Part shown: positions 53,281 to 64,000 of the stretch, one piece after another
Layout of the letters: each line of letters starts with the position of its first letter
How positions within the stretch are numbered: the stretch's first letter is position 1
Assembly: GCA_028534125.1 (NCBI GenBank)
Contig: CM052816.1
Span: 87,298,001 to 87,362,000 of the forward strand
Length of the DNA: 64,000 bases
Source of the DNA: Lama glama
Lineage: Eukaryota
Reading direction: 5' to 3'
Translations under genes and position numbers: made by a program
The notes under the pieces: generated by a model
The model's database searches: none
Told to the model about the DNA's origin: nothing
Seen by the model: only the letters and a program-made list of their open reading frames with translations

Positions 53281-53792
53281 TGTAACAGAGAACAAACCTG
53301 ACTCCACCTTGACCTATTCTTTTAGCTCTAACCTTTGTCCTCTGTTGTCTGTGCTTAGTCATGAAGCTCTGCATCTTTGTAAAAGAATGTTGCCTACAGC
53401 CGGAATTACCCATGACAGCCCATTCTCAAGTCTCTGGACTTTAAAGGTATATTTTTCTATTCATACACAGATAAAAAGTTGCAGAACAGAGAATAACCTT
53501 TGCCTTTTTGGAGGTTTACAGGGTCATTGTGACTAGACCAACATGGACAGCTACACAAACAAAGGATTCTGGCACCAATAAGTTTGTGACAATCAGCCAC
53601 AACCCTCCCTGCCTTTTAGTATAAAAGAAGCCTGAATTCTGGGAAGATGGTTCTTTGGTCCACCATCTTCCTGGCCTTCTTGGTCTGCTGGCTTTTCGAA
53701 CAAAGTCACTATTCCTTGACCCAGCACTTTGTCTCTCGATTGATTGACTGGCCTGTCTTGGGGAAAGCAATATGAGCTTGAACTTGGTAACA
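53281..53792 (+). mobile_element. ERV1-class solo LTR (MER41-like, artiodactyl type)
   Basis: TG...CA termini (tgtaac/gtaaca), 4-bp TSD atga at 53277-53280 and 53793-53796, TATAAAA at 53620, AACAAA at the poly(A)-signal position 53699. Confidence 0.92.
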
Positions 53793-55547
53793 ATGATGGG
53801 AGTCTATGATTACAGATATCAAATGGCACATGGTCTAATATTTTTAAAAAATATGGAATTGGAGGAAGATATTTCTCATTCCTTCAGTATAAGTGATTAT
53901 AAAATCAGCAATTTCATAACAATTACAATTTTTTCCCTTTACTTTGTGCTGAAACTTCTAAAAAAATGGAATACACTCCCAATATTTTTACATTAGAAAA
54001 ATCTAAAAAGTGTTAGAATTTTGCGTGTCTATGGTTTCCCCCTATTTACTCCTTGTCCTCTTTATGTCCCACTTATTGACTGTGGAATATGAAAGCTTTT
54101 TCCACCAAAATTATTACTATTAGTCCCGGGGATATGTTGTTTCTTTCCTCCACTGAGACACACAGTTCAATCTAGACACTCTGATAATTATTGTGCTTTA
54201 ACTTCATATTTACTGAATTGTTCAAGGCTCTTTTTTTTTTTCATGCTCTGTTTGTGTTTATAGAGAGTTTGTTCCAAAAGTGAAGGCATTCCTCATATTT
54301 TCAATTTGCTGCATTCCATGAAGCAGTATCATTTAAATGCCATTTCCTTTTGTTGTTGATGATATTTCCTTTTAAATGACTTTTCTATGATGAGGTTCAC
54401 ATACTAAAGTGATTTTGTTCTGTCTTGTTGATAATTTGCATGAAAAAACCTATGAAATATTGATGTTAATTGGGTAACTCTAGTGACTATCGCTAGCTCA
54501 CTCTCATCCCTGTAGTTTTATTATACTGCAAGTACTACATCCTTTTATGGAGAAGCATGGCAATATTTGTCTTAAAATGAAAAATGCAAACCTATAAACA
54601 GGTTTATACAGTCATGTGATCACATTTGAATCAATGTTATCTATACGTGATGCTTCTAATTTCATAGAATGTTCCAAAATATCTCACATGGACAACGAAC
54701 CCAGCCAGAGCTGATAACATGCATTTGGCAATGAAAAATGAGTTACCCTTTGGGTACTTCTAAAACTGCTGAGTTTATAATTTTTTAACTTCATGACTTA
54801 GTTTATGTACATCATTACATTGTAACCTCAGTCCATGCAGTCAAATTTTTTTCTTTTGGTAACTGTTACTGTCTCAGTCTGCCCAATTGTTTCCACATTG
54901 GAATTAATGTGTATAGATCAGAGTTGCTACATTTGTTAACTGGGTGCATCAGTCAGCTTGGATTAAAATCCATTTAAGGAAATTGTTTTACTATAGAGTG
55001 GACCTTGTAAGGACTCAGATCTGGATAGATATGTATGGAACATTTCAGGTCCTTCAATTGAGTCCATAAAATTTGTCGTGTAAATTTTGTGGTTTCAATT
55101 TACTTTAAGTAAAATTTTCTGCCAAATGTCCTATGTTTTGGATTTCTAACATCAGCATATTAATTCTACTTACTACTGCCCCTGAAATATAAAATGTAAG
55201 AACTAAAAAAAAAAAAAAGGCAAAAAATTTGAAAGAATGTTCCTTGAAGGCTCACAAGAAATTGCTAACAGTAACCTTCTAAAGACCTTTCTGGGGGAAA
55301 TATGATAGCAATCTGTCACAGATTTATACTCAAAATGTTTCCTAATTAAGTTTAATCAATAATCTCTTAGTCTTCCTGGAACAAAATGCAGTGTTAAACA
55401 ATCATTGATTCCAGAAAGTCTATTATTTTTATATTACAGTCTTGCATGGCTGAATAATGTTACTTTACTTCAAATTCATGACTTGTTTCCTGACCATGTG
55501 TGATTATTGTTGGTCATAGTGTTATACATTGATAAGAGGATGGTGAT

Positions 55548-55735
55548 TGGAGTCAGATCAATCTAGGATAAAATTCTAGCTCCACTAATGTCTAGTTGAA
55601 TAAACCTCAATCAAGTTCTGTAATCTTTGACTAACTTAATATGCATGGATTATTTCAAGGATTTAATAATAAAGCTTCTAAGGTCCATAAAACCAGTCTG
55701 GTAGATATTTGAAACTCAATAAATGTTTCTTTATC
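55548..55735 (+). mobile_element. MIR
   Basis: ggagtcagatcaatctaggataaaattctagctccact...ctcaataaatgtt. Confidence 0.65.
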
Positions 55736-58251
55736 TCATCCCTTTATTCTCCTCTAACTGGTATTACTCCACTTCCTCTAAAATTATTTTATATTGTCCA
55801 GTTCTTGAATTATTTCCTTTCCAATGTCCACTTTTTCTCAGACCTTGCTGCCCTTCCTGTCACTGCATGGATCAGTCTTTATAATTGAGTCACCAAGTGA
55901 TTATCATAAGCAACTTGGCCTAAAATGGCTCAGTACAAACAGTAAAGATTTTACGAAGTCCTCGGGGAGGCGAGGGGAAGGGAGCATTAAAATAAACAGA
56001 TACATTCCATAGAGGATATGAGATGGAATGATGCTTTAAGAAATCTCAAGTATAGTTCTCTCTCCAGAGACTAGTTTTATGTTCCGCAAAATAGCAGCCA
56101 TACATTTCCATTGTCACTTCAACAATCATTGTCTCACTTGACCATCATCCCTATGTCCGCAATTCTGATTCCTGAGGGGAGGGGCTGGGTGTTGTTTTCT
56201 CTTAAGAGACTCCTTTTCCAATAATGTCAAAAAGCTTGAACCAACTTTAAGGCTCAAGGTGGACTCACAATTTGTCTACTCATCCAAAAGTTAGCTCTTC
56301 TTTGCATCTGTGAACAGCCTCTCTACAGGTATTTTCAATGTAAGTTCATATCCCACAAAAGAAGCTGTGGATATCTTTAATATTAACTATTAATATATTC
56401 AAGTCTTGATGTTCTGTAGCAAAACAGAAAGTGTACACTAACTCTCTGAAGACATCTGAGATATCAAGACACAAATATGTATAATAAAAAGCCAAAATTA
56501 GACTTCCTGGATGCCCAGTTTTCTAGTTATACTGCAATGGCGTATGATGATAATTTGAGATATGAAAATCTGAACTTGTGTGGTATGAGACTATAAATAA
56601 AGTGTCAAAATATAAGTGAAATATAAAATAACTGAAACCTCAAATTAGAAAGGCAATCAGTAATTGCACAATTCAAAGCAAGGGATTAAAAATTGTAAAA
56701 TATGTTTATAACAATTTTGTTGAATAAGTAAATCAAAATCTTGCCTTCCATCCCTTAGACTAGTCTAGAATTGTGGGAATGCTCAATTTTATAAATTTGT
56801 TGGAAATTTACTTCATAACAATCTTGTGAACTACACTGGGTGGAAATCAGGCTCTAAAAACTGCCATTTTTTTTTCCTGTGAATCCAAATTAGTTTCAGA
56901 GCAGGTGATGAACAGACATAAAGAAGAAAGTCCTTCTCTATCAGCAAACGTCTCTAGACAGTCAAACATAATGAGAAATCATGTAAGTACAGCAATTAAG
57001 CCAAGTGAATGGTTTTAATGCTTAATGACTGGTTTTATTTCTAATTGAAACCAAGGCAGAGTTATTGCCATGGTATATGCTCTTGGATGACTTTTGACAG
57101 AAAGATTGTACTGTACACTTTTTCTGACAAAATCTGTAGAACATATATAATATTTGTTTGATGCAAAGACAAGAGACACATTTTGCTGGCATTTTATATA
57201 AGATAAAGAATTTACTTTCCATGACAGTTTCCATGAAATCATCATCATCATCATCATTCCACTATTCCATTAAGAAATTTTGATCCAGAAAGTCACATAG
57301 CTACTTGGGATCTTTTTTTTTTAAGGAACTTGCCTAATATATTTTCAATTTAAATTTTACCAAAGCCTGATTTACATCCAATTATATTCCCATAAAACTA
57401 AGTCTAATCAATTCATATTTAAGAATTAAAAAACAAAATTAATCAAATCTGAAATGCAATCATGTAAAAGAGATTCATATATTAAATCATAAAAAGTAGA
57501 ACAGGTGATTAAACAGGGCGTCAGGTGCCCAGCCATCTCCTTATCTGGCAACATAGTTCATGTGTCATGTGGTCTTCAGTCTATTTCTTCTAACAAAATA
57601 CTTTACACAAACTCAAAATGACACAAAGTTGCTAAAATTTATGTCCCCATTTCCCCTGATTAATTTATAGCGGGGTCAAATATTTTAATTTTCCTTTCAT
57701 TAAGACAAATCCTCATCTCTGTCTCTCTTTCTTTGTGTGTTTAAGGGAAAGTTCACGTTACTTCGCTGAGAGTGGCAAAGGGGCCTAAAATTAGAGCTTC
57801 AGTCTTTGTGCTGTCCTTAGAGTTCTCCCCGGCTTCCTTGATGTCCTCTATTTGTCCCAAAGCCACAGCTCATGTTGTCTATTTTATGATTTCTGTTACA
57901 GGATCCCTTCAGTCCTTGCACTGGAAGCCACTTGGTGATATCCAGCGCCTCTCAACATTCAGCCGCCATCTACATTTGTTCTCTGAGAACGCTGGGGAAT
58001 ATCTTGAATTTTACCACACCACATAGTTGCTGTGGGTGATCTATTATCTCCAGATCACTTTTTTTTCCCTCTAATACAGGCTATTCAACTCCTCCACAGG
58101 TACAGAAGGCCTTCTACATGCTAGGTAACTGTTATAGACATTTGTCCAATACAAATGAACACTATGCTATAATTAATTTCTTTCTTTCAAGCTCATGACC
58201 CATGTTTGCCTGGGATGGCACTGATGTTGAGATTACTCCAATAAAATGCAT

Positions 58252-59300
58252 CTGTCATTCTACAAATATTTTTGTGGTTCTTTGGTGCTGGAGATACTGC
58301 ATTAAAATAGTAAAGAAAAACATGATTTTTGTGGACACAGGGTTAACATTTCAGTTTTTTTTTAATGGAGGGTCATGGCAGACAATTAAAAAATAAACAT
58401 ATAGTAAAAAAGATAATTTAAGCTAATTGTAAGTAACATGTTGAAGATCAACAAGGGGGTAGATGATTAGTAAAATAGAGACTAACTTTGTAAGACAAAA
58501 TAATTGGCAGGGCAGTTTATTAAGGCCTTACTCAGGAAGCAATCCTTAAACAAATACTTCATTCATGAGAAAGAAGTGTTCAGAAAAATGCCTTGGGTGA
58601 AGTATTAGAGCCAAGGAATAGCCTGAAGGATGGTGTGGCTTGAGCATTATGAACAGGAGAAAATGCTACATACATTTTAAAAAACTACAACACATTTTTA
58701 AAAGATCCCTTTGCCCATGGCATGAAGAATGGATTAAGAAGCCAAGAGTGAGAGCAGCAAGGTCAGTCAAAAGGATTTTCCACTACTCTGGGAAATAGGG
58801 TTGTTACTGAGACAAGTGTAATAGGAGTGGGAACAGAGTAGAGAAGAGATTATGATGGTTTCAGAGGTGAAATTAGGACCATCTTGGTAGACTGAAAAGT
58901 ATATAAGGTATTGGAGAAGGACTAAGTTAAGACAGTTTCTTTGATTTTTTAGCTTGAGAAACCGTATGTGTGTGTGCACATGTGTGTGGTGGTGGTGGTA
59001 GCTTCCTAAATTGGGGAATATCAGTAATAAAACATTTTAGGAATAAAATCAGTGGGTCAGTTCTGAACATCTTTATTTTGAGATTCCTTTCAGACTTCTG
59101 TGAGAAGATAGTATGTAGATATAAGTTGTTAGTCTTTCAAGAAGGAATACTACAGTGGAAATTTAAATTTCACAGCATCCACACATAGATAGTCACTGTC
59201 CGCCTAAAAGAGATGACGTCAGGAGACAGTTCAGATGAGAAAAGGAACAAAAGAAGTGTCTTCTTGAAAACTGCTTGAGAAATCCCAAAGTGAGATGTTA
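58252..59300 (-). mobile_element. L2 3' region
   Basis: cattctacaaatatttt...ggtgctggagatactgca...ggtgtggcttgagc...tttgattttttagcttgagaaacc. Confidence 0.65.
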
Positions 59301-59769
59301 AATAAAGGAGATGCCTACCTATGATCTTCAAATGGCTTCTTCATGAACTACACAGTGAATTTCAAGGATGTAAGTATAAAATACAATCTCCACAGCAATA
59401 AGACTCAGTCTTCCCAGGTTTTCACACCATTTTCTACCAAATGCAATGATGTCTTAATTATGGAATTCTCTCTTACTCTGGTACATCTTCTATTCATGAT
59501 ACCGTTATTACTTGAAATTCCTTCCTCAAAAACGTCCACTTGGAACTGCCTTCTTATTTTTTAAGATCCAGTTCAAATGCAATCTTTCCATGAAATGTTC
59601 ATGATCATCACCATTTATACATTTTTATATTTTCCTTTTAATAAATACAATAGAGATGTTATAAAATGTGCTTGTACTTATTTGTATTCCTAACAGATCA
59701 TGAGACCCTAAAATGAAATTATTTATCTTCTTCGACTTTGATTCCAAGCCTCTGATTAGAATTGGTGCA

Positions 59770-59815
59770 GCACCTTTGAGTCAAAGGCAGTGCAGACCCC
59801 TTAACAATCTTCTAA
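59770..59815 (+). repeat. Dispersed 46-nt direct repeat, copy 1
   Basis: 42/46 identical to 62219-62264 by manual alignment. Confidence 0.9.
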
Positions 59816-60824
59816 TGTGTGGCTTCTCTTTGTCTGGACGTTGTGGAAGAGATTATTCAATAGATAGCAGTAACATTTTAAATGATTCATAATCTTTATG
59901 TTTAATTTTAATATTGAATATATGTTTTTATTATACAGCAAAAATTTGTATTATATGTCAAGACTTACTGTAAAGCTTTTCTTACGATGTGGTTTCGTTT
60001 TTCCATTCTAATATATTGTATCTCATATATAATATGATTCAATTAAAATTATTAAGCCTTGATGATCTAAAGTTATGGTACAGCTTCTTGCAGACAATTC
60101 CTCTTATTAGACAGAATTAAATTTAAATACAACTTAGATTGATAATGTGTTTTAAAGCAATGAGGATGAAAATGAAGGTCACTATATGCTGAGCAGGTGA
60201 AATACAGTATTCCTAGGAAAGAATGATTTGAGTTAATAAATATTTCAAGTTATATAATACTTTATAGCCTATAATTTTATTATCTTTCAGTATATAAAAT
60301 TGTTCATTGATCTCAACTACTTATGTATATTTGATGAGTAGATAAAAATTATCAGACTGACTGGTTTTTATAAAAATGTAGGCTCTCAGTGTGTGTTTTG
60401 AAAAAGTACTCTGCCCATTTCTGTACTTTTAAAAATACTTTTTATAGAAATCATTTGCTATTATGTATCATTATAGTAAGTTTAAATTAAGGGAAAAAAT
60501 AAATATAGAGAAGTTAACCAAGTCATTACAAAATCTGTGCAATGCAAATTCTGATTAATGTTATTCAACTAAATAGCACCGTAAGTGACTGCAAAGGGAC
60601 AATACATCTTTTACAACTGTCTTATATTCTTATTTTGTATTTTAATGTGTCAAATAAATATATCAGTCACTGAAATCTCTACCTATTCTGAGGAATTAAT
60701 GTTTTTCTATAGTCATCTGGGAAACACAGAAATAAACACCAAATGATTATGATGACAATGATAATGATGATGATAATGGGCATGGCAATGAAGGGGATGG
60801 CAACCATGAAGATAAGAAACAACT

Positions 60825-61312
60825 CTCTATTGGAGTCCACCAGAACCTGGGACAAGTGCTGGATACAGGTAGATCATTTGAGAAAAAAAGACTGTGGAAG
60901 TGGAGATGGGGTGAAAGGAGAGGAGATGATACAAGGGAAAAGAAAAGACAATGCAGGTGTATTACTGAACTGTGGCAAACTGGGACTTAATCCGACCGTG
61001 GGCCCCATAAGGAACCATGAAGACCATGTCACAGAATTGTACGTCCAAAGTAGGGGAGGTGGAGTTGCATCAGGGGCTAATCTCTACCCCTAAGCCCACC
61101 CCATCCCCACTCCTCTGGTCTTCCCTGGGAATAGCACATCCGAGCAAGCTTCTTTTTAAAGGAAAAGCACAGAGACAGAGAAGATGAGAGTTTCAACAGA
61201 CTCATCAGGTAAGGCACCAGTAGAAAGCCTGGGAACTCTACCACAAATAGAGCTGAAATATGTGATGGATCAAAGACCTGTGGTTCAGGGCACAAATACT
61301 GTTTGCCACACC
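60825..61312 (-). mobile_element. Old ERVL LTR (LTR16-like)
   Basis: cagaacctgggacaagtgctggatacaggtagatcatttgag...aactgggacttaatcc...cagaattgt. Confidence 0.5.
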
Positions 61313-61324
61313 AGTCTGTTAGGG

Positions 61325-61327
<3 letters not shown>

Positions 61328-61387
<60 letters not shown>
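61328..61387. repeat. Pure (CTG)20 trinucleotide repeat
   Basis: 60 nt uninterrupted. Confidence 0.97.
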
Positions 61388-61388
<1 letters not shown>

Positions 61389-61394
61389 CATAGA

Positions 61395-61525
61395 AGAGCT
61401 GTGGAAATTGAATTTATGAAAGTCTGATAATTTGCTTAAGGTTACAAGCTGGAAAATAGTGGAACGGGGCTTCAAACTATGGTCTAAATTTCCAAAGCCA
61501 GTATTCCTAGCTATACTATTACCAT
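61395..61525 (-). mobile_element. MIR fragment
   Basis: taatttgcttaaggttacaagctggaaaatagtggaacggggcttcaaac...ccaaagcc. Confidence 0.7.
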
Positions 61526-62005
61526 GTTTGTTGTTTCGTGTTGTTTTAATGTTTAATGAGGAAAAAGAAAGATAAAAATGGCATGGCTGAGTTAGACAGC
61601 ACTAACTTCTACAGTCTTAAGACTGTAATTAATCACTCTAAATTAAATGAGATACATGCCAATTATTAACAGCAATGCTCTTGGCTGTGAATTTTTTGGA
61701 TTCCAGTATTTCCCATAACTATGGATAATTAGGTCTGATCACCATCATTGCCCCCAGAAATCCCGCCTGCTCTGAGGTTATTTGCTGTCCTAAACTAAAG
61801 CACAAACCATACTGAGATAATTGATAAGACAGACTTTACATAGCAGCTTATGATAATTTCTCCATTGCAATTCAGGTCTCCAGTATGTGGGCTAATGAGC
61901 CATTCAGAGGTTAAGTATGTCTTGTTTAACTTGATCAAACTTTTTCACATTAATATGCCTTGATGTTGCACCATTAAATGCTGAACTTCTAGTCCTCCCT
62001 GTGTT

Positions 62006-62042
62006 AGATTTTGTGTTTATATAAAGATTTTGTGTTTATATA
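62006..62042. repeat. Tandem duplication, 18-nt identical unit, period 19
   Basis: agattttgtgtttatata at 62006 and 62025. Confidence 0.9.
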
Positions 62043-62218
62043 TCAAGAAAATACGATTTCAATAAAAGTACAAATCACTATAAAAATTAAAATCAGATAT
62101 GTAATTCTATCCCAATAGTGAAAAAGAGATATTTTAAGAAACTTTATTACAACTAAGCTGATTCATTTGAATCCTGAAATTTGGATTTACCTAAAAGAAA
62201 GCATGAAATTCCTATTTT

Positions 62219-62264
62219 GCATCTTTGAGTTAAAGGCAGGGCAAACCCCTTAACAATCTTCTAA
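62219..62264 (+). repeat. Dispersed 46-nt direct repeat, copy 2
   Basis: 42/46 identical to 59770-59815. Confidence 0.9.
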
Positions 62265-62381
62265 CACCTGACTCTTCTCTTCCTCTGGAGGCAAAAACTG
62301 ACTCTAAGGTTGTATATATTTTCATTCCTGAACATGTATACAGAACAGGAAGAGAGCAGTGAGGAGTCTGACATTAAAAAG

Positions 62382-62394
62382 TAAATAAATAAAA

Positions 62395-62441
<47 letters not shown>

Positions 62442-62442
62442 A
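62382..62442. repeat. (TAAA)n microsatellite
   Basis: Direct reading. Confidence 0.95.
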
Positions 62443-64000
62443 ATTAGATAAACTCTTCACCATCATCAAAATGCCAACTGGTTAAAACAAAAACAAATAG
62501 TTCATTCAGCTACAAACCTGTAAATCTGTATAATATGTATTCTCTTTCCTTGTGTCACAGGCTCACGACTGCTAAACCGAGGGGATGAAGAGGAAAGGGG
62601 ATGTCTGTTCCCACTTTTATTTCTGGGTAAACTCTAATATCGTGTCCTCCCAATTATGTTTCTTTCACTTTCTCTGAGTTTACAGTAGTCATCACTAAAC
62701 TTAACAGATTTATTTAATAAGTTGGTTAGTTCTGTATCTTTCTCTATTATTATTACCTTATCCGGACTAAAATTGTTCATATGAATGAGTAAAAGCTGAA
62801 CTTTTATGCCAAGACAGACAAGTTGAACGGGTCGCCTCAGGATTTGTGATTTAGGTGGCAGCTAAAGTGAATTAAACAGGATGCTATTTACCTTTTTAAA
62901 AATTTAAAAAGTGAGTTAGATTTAAACACTCTGACACATGGAAAGAATAATGTTGTGTCTAAGACACTCACACACTCAAATATAAACTTTGCCCTCTAAT
63001 TTTTGTTTGTTTTTTGTGTTAGACCAGCATGAAGAATGGATGACTGAGTAGAGGGAAGTATTTATTTGATCTGACTCATTAAAGGTGGTCTGTGGAGCTT
63101 CATCTAATGCAAGAAAGAGAATCCTTCGGAATGGGTAGCATTAACCAAGGGGAACCAAGTGAATCTTTTCTTGACCTTGTGATGTCCAAAGAGGGAAGAC
63201 AGTGTACTTAAGACATAGGGAGTGCTCAGTATCTACTGGTTTTTAATTTATTTGAATTGTACCTGATTATATGATACTCATTCACTGATTATTTGTTCCA
63301 TCCTTTGACATTTCAGTTTGTATGTATTTCAACAAAAAAGTCAAGAGTTTAGCAATATTCCATTACCATCAAATGGCATGGACAGGCTAAGAATTTTCTT
63401 CTGATAATTAATTCAAAAATTGTTACCATATATTTGGATCATATTAAAAGACAAATGCAAAAACAAATTGTCTGGTAAACAACATCATGAGATATTCATC
63501 AGAAAGATAATTTCTATATATAGCTTATTTCCAAAAGATTTTTCCTGGGTTTTGGACAGAGTTTTCTGTTATCTTCTTATTCATTTTCTATATGCCAATC
63601 ACAACTACAGACACAAATGATAAGATAGTTCCTAATCCAGTGAGCAGTGAATCTCTTTGGGAGAAAGACACACTGTTGTGCCACGAATTTATGCAACAAA
63701 CAGAACAGTATGAGGACAAAGGGGAGGAGATTATGTTGTTTTCCCTCTGGCTGTTGTCACAAGAATTTCTTCAGTTTCTCAGTAAATATCTACTGAAAAT
63801 CCGCAGTACTTTTCAGGCATTTTACTAGATGTCCTGAGCAAAGAAACTTGGTATGAAATCCTCTCCTTACAGAAATGTACATAACTAGCTAGGTGAACGA
63901 GCAAGCTACAGTGGTCAGTTCTATAATGCAGTAGGCTATATAAGGTTTGGCTGGCAAAAGATAGATTAATTTTATATCTGGGTAAGGTCTCAGAGAATAC

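Noticed and set aside
60743..61475. Met-rich, poly-Ala and poly-Leu ORFs
   Set aside because: Produced by ATG-like and CTG repeats plus LTR/MIR sequence; no exon context
1..64000. CRISPR array, operon or other prokaryote-style system
   Set aside because: The sequence is mammalian; no regularly spaced repeat-spacer array and no long ORFs

Overview
AT-rich, CpG-poor mammalian genomic DNA, intronic or intergenic and dense in transposon fossils. Two tRNA-Ala(AGC)-derived SINEs and several young L1 3' tails point to a camelid (Camelus/Vicugna/Lama); this is recognised from memory of the family, not from a search. No ORF in the supplied track looks like a real protein; they are chance, repeat-derived or microsatellite-derived. 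Recognisable content: L1 fragments of several ages (one twin-primed 5' inversion, one three-piece rearrangement, one 5'-complete ORF1-only insertion), a decayed two-LTR ERVL provirus with readable integrase/dUTPase remnants, MaLR/ERVL solo LTRs, a young ERV1 solo LTR with a 4-bp TSD, a piggyBac (Looper-like) fossil, hAT MITEs, L2/MIR pieces and microsatellites including a pure (CTG)20. The first 10 kb may hold small, phase-compatible 3' exons of an unidentified + strand gene (low confidence). I see no convincing new biological system. Repeat family names are by eye and boundaries of old repeats are approximate.
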